A stretch of 63,981 nucleotides of DNA, filler included. It is 6 parts of 6 records of this genome, joined end to end, with 100 filler letters (N's around TTAATTAATTAA, not from the genome) between each part and the next. Parts side by side here need not be neighbours in the genome. Positions count along the whole stretch, not along the records: positions 56,023 to 63,981 come from DRR723986_4189; 5 more parts are not named here. The stretch is one strand, 5' to 3'. How positions within the stretch are numbered: the first letter of the stretch is position 1; each line of letters begins with the position of its first letter. The position numbers and the translations under genes are program-made. The notes beneath the pieces are model-generated. The model was not told the DNA's origin and did not search any database. It saw only the letters and a list, made by a program, of their open reading frames with translations. Of the stretch, positions 58,648-63,981 are shown one piece after another.

Positions 58648-60102
58648 GTGAAGCACGATTGTCATTACCATCCGGGTGACCCTGCCAAGTGGCATTGTGG
58701 CGAATGCCAGATGCACTACTGCAGCCGTTGTATGCCGGATGCCGATACCCGCCAGCGTCGGGGGCTTTGTCCCCGCTGCAGTAAAGCCATGCGTTATCTG
58801 GGCGCCGCCACCGAAGTGGTGCCCTTCTGGCAGCGGGTCGGGGCCTTTTTCCGTTACCCCTTCCACACCGATCCGCTGATTGTCATCGCCATCTGCACGT
58901 TGGTTCCTGTAGTGGCGCCAGCCAATATTATTGGCCTGATCATCTGGCTGGTGCTGGCGCTGGCGCTGTTCAAGTACACCTATGCGGTGATCAATCACAC
59001 CGCTGAAGGCCATCTGAAACCGCCAGCAGTGTCGGTGGCGTTTACCGGCAGCGGTTTTGACATTGTGGTGCTGCAACTGCTGGTGTTTGTGCTTATGGGC
59101 GGCCTGGTAGGCGCCGCCGCCATGCTGGGCGGGCCGATACTGATGATGCTTGCGATGGCGTTTGTAGTGCTGGCACTGCCGGCCAGCATCATGGTACTGG
59201 CCATGGAGCGCTCGGTCGGCGCAGCTGTAAACCCCATGAACCTGGCGGTGCTGATCTCGCGCATCGGCACGCCCTACTTCCTGCTTTACGGGTACCTGAT
59301 TCTGCTCACCCTGGCCTCCGGCGCGGCGCAGGACTTTGCCGTGAATCATTTCCCCATGTGGGTGGCCCAACCGCTGGCCGGTTTCCTGAACAGTACCTTT
59401 ACCCTGATCCTGTTTCACATGCTGGGTTATCTGCTATTCCAGTATCAGGAAGAACTCGGCTTTGCCTCAGACCTTCAGGACGAGATCTCGGAAACCGACC
59501 AACACCAGCGGGATCGCAGCAGCCGGTTTGATGCCGATCTGGATATGAACCTGAAGGATGGCAACTACGACCGTGTGCAGAGCATGCTCAAGGAAGCCCT
59601 CAAACGGGACCGGACCAACCCTGCCCGCATCGGCCAGCTTTACCAGCTGCTGACCGCCCGCAATGATGCCGAAGAGCTGTACCGCTACCACCCCAGGATT
59701 ATGGCCTGGCTGGCCCAACGGCATGATGGAGACGGGCTGAATCAACTGTTACAGACGCTGCAGATGGTGGAGCCGAAGTTCCAGCTGGACGACCCGGAAC
59801 TGGCGGTGCAGTGTGCCGGCACCCTGTACCATCGGGGCCACCACAAAGCGGCCATCCGTTTGCTGCAGGATTTCCACAAACGCTTCCCGGACAGCGATCA
59901 GCTGGCACCGGCCTATCTGATCGTGGCCCAGGCCCTCGCTAATGGCCTGCAGCAGTGGGAAAAAGCCAGTGCGTTCCTGTCGTTCATCAAGAAGCGCTGC
60001 GTGAACCATCCGGCCCACGAGCACATTGATGTCTGGCTGGAACAGGCGGCGAACCAGCAACCGTTGAAAGGGCCAAAAGCGAGCTTTCAGGTTTCAGACT
60101 GA
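58648..60102 (+). CDS. Membrane protein with N-terminal B-box-like Zn finger, DUF4013-like TM region and C-terminal TPR-like helices
   Basis: CHYHP...CGEC...CSRC...CPRC; about 6 TMs; helical C-terminus. Confidence 0.75.
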   Translation: MKHDCHYHPGDPAKWHCGECQMHYCSRCMPDADTRQRRGLCPRCSKAMRYLGAATEVVPFWQRVGAFFRYPFHTDPLIVIAICTLVPVVAPANIIGLIIWLVLALALFKYTYAVINHTAEGHLKPPAVSVAFTGSGFDIVVLQLLVFVLMGGLVGAAAMLGGPILMMLAMAFVVLALPASIMVLAMERSVGAAVNPMNLAVLISRIGTPYFLLYGYLILLTLASGAAQDFAVNHFPMWVAQPLAGFLNSTFTLILFHMLGYLLFQYQEELGFASDLQDEISETDQHQRDRSSRFDADLDMNLKDGNYDRVQSMLKEALKRDRTNPARIGQLYQLLTARNDAEELYRYHPRIMAWLAQRHDGDGLNQLLQTLQMVEPKFQLDDPELAVQCAGTLYHRGHHKAAIRLLQDFHKRFPDSDQLAPAYLIVAQALANGLQQWEKASAFLSFIKKRCVNHPAHEHIDVWLEQAANQQPLKGPKASFQVSD

Positions 60103-60120
60103 GGGCGTGCCTGCCATGCC

Positions 60121-61572
60121 TCAGCCGTGCAGCTGCAACAGCTGCCGGTAATGGCGCGCTTTCGGCTCCATTTGCAGTTTCTCGAACTCCGCCACCAGAA
60201 GCCGGCAGGCTTCGTTCACCATGTCCGGTTCGGCTTTGGCTCGCATGCGCTCAAACGCCTTCTCCGCAGCTTTGAAATCATGGCGCTTCAGGCTGGCGAA
60301 CAGCACACGGTTGTGCGCCTCCGGTGCCAACGGATGATAGGCCTCACCCTTGCTCAGGTACTCCTGCCAGATATCCACCATCTGTTCCGGCTGCCGCCGG
60401 GCGATGGCGTCGGCCATCATTTCCTCGGCGAGCAGACGGTAGCTGTCCAGGTCCGGCCTTAATTTAGCCAGTTGGTACAGGTGTTCCAGCAGCACGGGCC
60501 GTTCCGGATAACGTTCCCGCAACGCCTCGAACTGGCGCCGGGCCAGGTCGAACTCCATGCGGCCGAGGCTGGCCATGGCCTGGCCATAGGCTTTGGTGAA
60601 CTGTTCGTCCTGCTCTTCCTGCTCCGGTTCGAAGAACTCTTCTTTCACCTGCAGCCAGCTCTGGCCCAACAGCCACACCAGCCCGGCACCGGCCGCCAGG
60701 CCACCGGCGTGGGCCATGTAGGCAATACCGGTGGCACCGGCAAACCAGTAGTCATAGATTTCCTTGCCCAGCCAGACCGGCAGCATGGCAATAGCCGGCG
60801 CCCGGAAATAGTTGAAGTAAACGCCCAGGAAGTAGAAGAAGCGGATGCGCTGCAGCCCGTATATGGCGACGTACATGCCCATCAACCCGGAAATGGAGCC
60901 GGATGCGCCCACCAGCGGTACCTGACTGCCCATGGAAAAGGCGGTAAACACCAGGCCGGACAGGGCACCACACACCAGATAAGCCACCAGAAAGCGCCCC
61001 GGTCCCAGCGCTTTTTCCACGGTAAACCCCAGCAGGAAAAGGAACAGCAGGTTACCGATGATATGGCCCCAGCCGCCGTGCAGGAACTGGTAGGTAATGA
61101 GCGTGTACAGCGAAAGCTCCGCGGGCACCAGTCCCAGCTGATAGGCGCTCATCCGGCTGATCCACTGCTGCTCGATCGCCGAGCGCTGCTCCAGCCAAAG
61201 GTTGCGCTCGGCCGGGGCCCAGATCAGATCCCGGTTCTGCTGCAGATACTGGTAAAACTCACGATCCAGCAGCAGCGTCACCGCCTGCCAGAGTTCCTCC
61301 TCATTTTCCTGAAGCTGCTGGAACTCCTGCAACTCCAGAACCCGCTGCTGGTTGCCTTCGAACTGGATTTCCCGCTGCAGGTAGTCCTCATAGGCGGGGG
61401 CCTCCAGGGCCAGCAGATCGCTCTCCAGATAGTCTTCCAGGGCGGCTTCGAGCTTGCGGTCGTCTCCGCCCTGGTAGAACAGAAACACCAGCAAACAGGC
61501 CATGATCAGGCCCAGGGTTACCCAGGGCGGGCGTTTCCAGTTAACGGCATTCTCGGCAGGAATAATCAGCAT
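60121..61572 (-). CDS. Rhomboid intramembrane serine protease with C-terminal TPR-like domain
   Basis: FLHGGWGHIIGN, GASG (Ser), AHAGG (His). Confidence 0.92.
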   Translation of the reverse strand: MLIIPAENAVNWKRPPWVTLGLIMACLLVFLFYQGGDDRKLEAALEDYLESDLLALEAPAYEDYLQREIQFEGNQQRVLELQEFQQLQENEEELWQAVTLLLDREFYQYLQQNRDLIWAPAERNLWLEQRSAIEQQWISRMSAYQLGLVPAELSLYTLITYQFLHGGWGHIIGNLLFLFLLGFTVEKALGPGRFLVAYLVCGALSGLVFTAFSMGSQVPLVGASGSISGLMGMYVAIYGLQRIRFFYFLGVYFNYFRAPAIAMLPVWLGKEIYDYWFAGATGIAYMAHAGGLAAGAGLVWLLGQSWLQVKEEFFEPEQEEQDEQFTKAYGQAMASLGRMEFDLARRQFEALRERYPERPVLLEHLYQLAKLRPDLDSYRLLAEEMMADAIARRQPEQMVDIWQEYLSKGEAYHPLAPEAHNRVLFASLKRHDFKAAEKAFERMRAKAEPDMVNEACRLLVAEFEKLQMEPKARHYRQLLQLHG

Positions 61573-61797
61573 GGGCGGTCACAATTCATCATAATCTGTC
61601 CCTGAAAAGCTGCTTTTTACCACAGCGGGGCCTTCTTTTCCCGATGTAATCACACAGTCACACAAATGCCATTCAATCGGTAGCTACAGAACCCGGGTGG
61701 CTATCGACCATTCGCCAATTGCCGTTATGGCCTCTGACATCAATAGTGAAGGGGACATAACAAAAAACGCCGGGCACTCGACTCGAGGAAGCAGCAA

Positions 61798-62238
61798 ATG
61801 ACCGTACTTGTTCTGGACAACCCCGATATGCTGGCCAAGGCCGCCCTGGCCTTCGCCGGCGCCAACGGGCAACTGTCGGCCGACGCCGACCGTCCCCACC
61901 GTACCCGATTCCACTACGGTTTCAACAAACACACGCTGGATGCCCCGGATATCGATATGCTCAAGCGGCACGCGGCCTATATCAAAGGGCACCCCGGCAT
62001 GCAGGTTCGCATCCACGGCCATGCCGACAATTTTGGCTCTGCCGAATACAACCGGTTTCTGGCCCGACTCAGGGCCAACGCCGTGGCCCGGCTACTGATT
62101 CAGGAAGGCGTGTCGCAATCGTCCATCCTGCTTGCCACCTGGGGCTCGGATCGCCCGCTGACCCGGCCGGAGGACCACGCCGCCAACCGGCGTGTGGAAC
62201 TGGAATACCTGAGCCTGGACGTCGCCCGGGCGCTGTAA
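61798..62238 (+). CDS. OmpA C-terminal (Pal-like) domain protein lacking a signal peptide
   Basis: IHGHADNFGSAEYNRFLARLRANAV...ANRRVE; RBS GAGGA. Confidence 0.88.
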   Translation: MTVLVLDNPDMLAKAALAFAGANGQLSADADRPHRTRFHYGFNKHTLDAPDIDMLKRHAAYIKGHPGMQVRIHGHADNFGSAEYNRFLARLRANAVARLLIQEGVSQSSILLATWGSDRPLTRPEDHAANRRVELEYLSLDVARAL

Positions 62239-62252
62239 TCGACAGAAACACA

Positions 62253-62274
62253 AACGGGGCCCCAAGGCCCCGTT
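62253..62274. terminator. Hairpin between convergent OmpA_C and MAPEG genes
   Basis: AACGGGGCC-CCAA-GGCCCCGTT. Confidence 0.65.
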
Positions 62275-62295
62275 CTTCAATGGCTGGACACTGTT

Positions 62296-62697
62296 TCAGC
62301 CATATACCTGCCAGACGTTCCAGAACAGCAACAGTGCCGCAACCAGAATCGCCAGCCAGGTTAGCAGGATCCCAATCATGCGTGCCCAATGCGGCCCGCC
62401 CTTACCGTTGATCATTCCCCAGGCATGGAGAATGCGGCCGACCACCAACGCCATCCCGGTCCAGTAGATCAGCGAACCGGAAACGCCATTGAGCTCCGCA
62501 ATGGCGAGCATGATCAAACCCAGCGGTGCGTATTCCACAAGATTAGCGTGGGCCCGGACGGCAGCTTCGAACTCCGGATCCTCATTGACGCCCAGACCCT
62601 TGCGGTATTTCAGCCGGTACTTGACCACCTGAGCCGACAGCACCAGCAACAGCAGGCCAGTGACAGCCGCAAAAACAGCAGTGACAGGTACGATCAT
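62296..62697 (-). CDS. MAPEG family membrane protein
   Basis: AVRAHANLVEYAP and GRILHAWG motifs. Confidence 0.9.
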   Translation of the reverse strand: MIVPVTAVFAAVTGLLLLVLSAQVVKYRLKYRKGLGVNEDPEFEAAVRAHANLVEYAPLGLIMLAIAELNGVSGSLIYWTGMALVVGRILHAWGMINGKGGPHWARMIGILLTWLAILVAALLLFWNVWQVYG

Positions 62698-62698
62698 G

Positions 62699-62941
62699 TC
62701 AGCCCTTCTTGATCTTGTTGACGATGGCCAGCAGCAGCACGGCCCCGACTGTTGCGGTAACCAGGCGACCAATGGCACCGTGGGCCGACAGCTGCAACAG
62801 GCCAAACAGGAAGCCGCCAATAAACGAGCCGACAATCCCGATACCAATGTTGGCCAACACGCCAAAGCCCTTGCCCTTCATGATCAGCCCGGCCAGCCAG
62901 CCGGCCAGACCACCAATGATCAGAAACCAGATCAGGTTCAT
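62699..62941 (-). CDS. GlsB/YeaQ/YmgE (transglycosylase-associated) membrane protein
   Basis: IIGGLAGWLAG...GIVGSFIGG...ATVGAVLLL. Confidence 0.9.
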   Translation of the reverse strand: MNLIWFLIIGGLAGWLAGLIMKGKGFGVLANIGIGIVGSFIGGFLFGLLQLSAHGAIGRLVTATVGAVLLLAIVNKIKKG

Positions 62942-63012
62942 TATGTCACTCCCCAGATGTCCAGAATCAGCGTCAGTTTCGTCCGAAAGACTGCCCTGTT
63001 TTCACTGGCTGT

Positions 63013-63732
63013 TCAAGCAGTTCCGTGGGTAAGTGCGAGGTCAGCAATGGCCTCTTCCATCTGTTGGCGACAACGGTGCATCAGTTCGGGAATGTCTTCG
63101 CTGGTCATGCCCTGTGTTTCGACTGGCGGGAGAATCCGCAAAGGCACAGGCTCCCGTCGTCCGGTCCAGCCTCTGGATTTGCCATGGTATTCGCCCGCAC
63201 ACACCATGGTAATGGGTGCGCCAGCGGCAACGGCCATGTGAAATGCCCCTTTCTTGAAGCTACCCAGGCCACGGCCACGGCTGCGGGTTCCCTCCGGAAA
63301 TACCCAGATGCTCTTGCGTTCCCGGTTAATGGCGTCGCTGGTGGCCTGCATGGTGGCCACAGCTTTCGCCGCACGGCCGCGATTCAGGATGATGTTGCCT
63401 CCCAGCCAGAATACCTGCCCGAAGAATGGCACCCAAACCAGTGAAGATTTACCAACCGCCACCCCACGCGGCGGTAGCAAATCACCCATCACAAACAGAT
63501 CATCGTTCTGCTGATGATTGGCGATAATCACGGTCGGCCGATCCTTGGGCATGTTTTCAGCGCCGTAGAGAGGGCGCTTCATACCCAGAATACATCGGCC
63601 GATTCTTGCCACGACCCAGCCCAGGATACGGTTGTTGTCAGGATTGAAAGGCCGTAAGAGGTAGAGCAACATCATAACCAGGCATACGACAGGAACACTG
63701 AGCCAGGCCAGGATTTTTCGAACTTGTGACAT
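63013..63732 (-). CDS. plsC: 1-acyl-sn-glycerol-3-phosphate acyltransferase
   Basis: ANHQQNDD (HX4D), FPEGTRS, FKKGAF. Confidence 0.92.
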   Translation of the reverse strand: MSQVRKILAWLSVPVVCLVMMLLYLLRPFNPDNNRILGWVVARIGRCILGMKRPLYGAENMPKDRPTVIIANHQQNDDLFVMGDLLPPRGVAVGKSSLVWVPFFGQVFWLGGNIILNRGRAAKAVATMQATSDAINRERKSIWVFPEGTRSRGRGLGSFKKGAFHMAVAAGAPITMVCAGEYHGKSRGWTGRREPVPLRILPPVETQGMTSEDIPELMHRCRQQMEEAIADLALTHGTA

Positions 63733-63781
63733 TCTGTTTGATCCGATCCACTGCATTTTGGCGCACAAGTGTACGCCAACA

Positions 63782-63981
63782 TCACAGAGCGGCGACAGTA
63801 TCAATTTGTTCCATACCGTAAGCCGGCTTTGCCTCCACCACATAACGCAACGTGCCGGAAGCGTCCAGGCTGTCAAACGGGTAACAGGTGATCAATACCA
63901 GGGTATCCCGGGCCAGAGACCGGGCATCCAGAGACTCACGGGAACTGTCCACCACCCGGGTGGCTGTCACCTGATAACGTC
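63782..63981 (-). CDS. Proteobacterial (marine-type) sortase, 3' fragment
   Basis: DTLVLITCYPFD...TLRYVVEA sortase active-site Cys/Arg motif. Confidence 0.85.
   Translation of the reverse strand, partial: RYQVTATRVVDSSRESLDARSLARDTLVLITCYPFDSLDASGTLRYVVEAKPAYGMEQIDTVAAL

Overview
The window is not one locus. It is six unrelated contigs joined by 100-bp N/TTAATTAATTAA/N linkers; taxonomic labels below are inferred from gene content and composition. (1) 1-7994, Rhodobacteraceae-like: ccoN(partial)OQP, ccoGHIS, a cupin, secE and nusG(partial), with an FNR box. (2) 8095-13623, betaproteobacterium-like: selenoneine-type senB, an oxidoreductase-SelD fusion and a DedA/TVP38 gene, plus a divergent methyltransferase; no senA is visible. 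(3) 13724-22594, Rhodobacteraceae-like: phaZ/phaC/phaP/phaR with PhaR boxes and a CCUCCUCCC hairpin, LysR, a puuB-like gene and a glutamine synthetase-like gene. (4) 22695-28219, Rhodobacteraceae-like: ccmA(partial), dctBD, Lrp, DUF2849-cysI(partial). (5) 28320-55922, AT-rich Bacteroidetes (Algoriphagus-like). Its main feature is a ~20-kb cluster that couples an H-NOX gas sensor, an HNOBA-PAS-GAF hybrid kinase and a sigma54 activator to GDP-mannose synthesis, GT2/GtrA/GT-C/GT4 glycosylation genes, a T9SS cargo protein and a TPR/beta-barrel protein. Four intergenic regions of the cluster each carry a tandem pair of TTCCA-N5-WGGAA palindromes upstream of a sigma54-like promoter. A STAS gene lies fully antisense inside an 896-codon read-through ORF. 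(6) 56023-63981, Marinobacter-like: a sigma28-driven SCO plus His-rich membrane chemoreceptor operon, a Zn-finger membrane protein, a rhomboid, OmpA_C, MAPEG, GlsB, plsC and a partial proteobacterial sortase.
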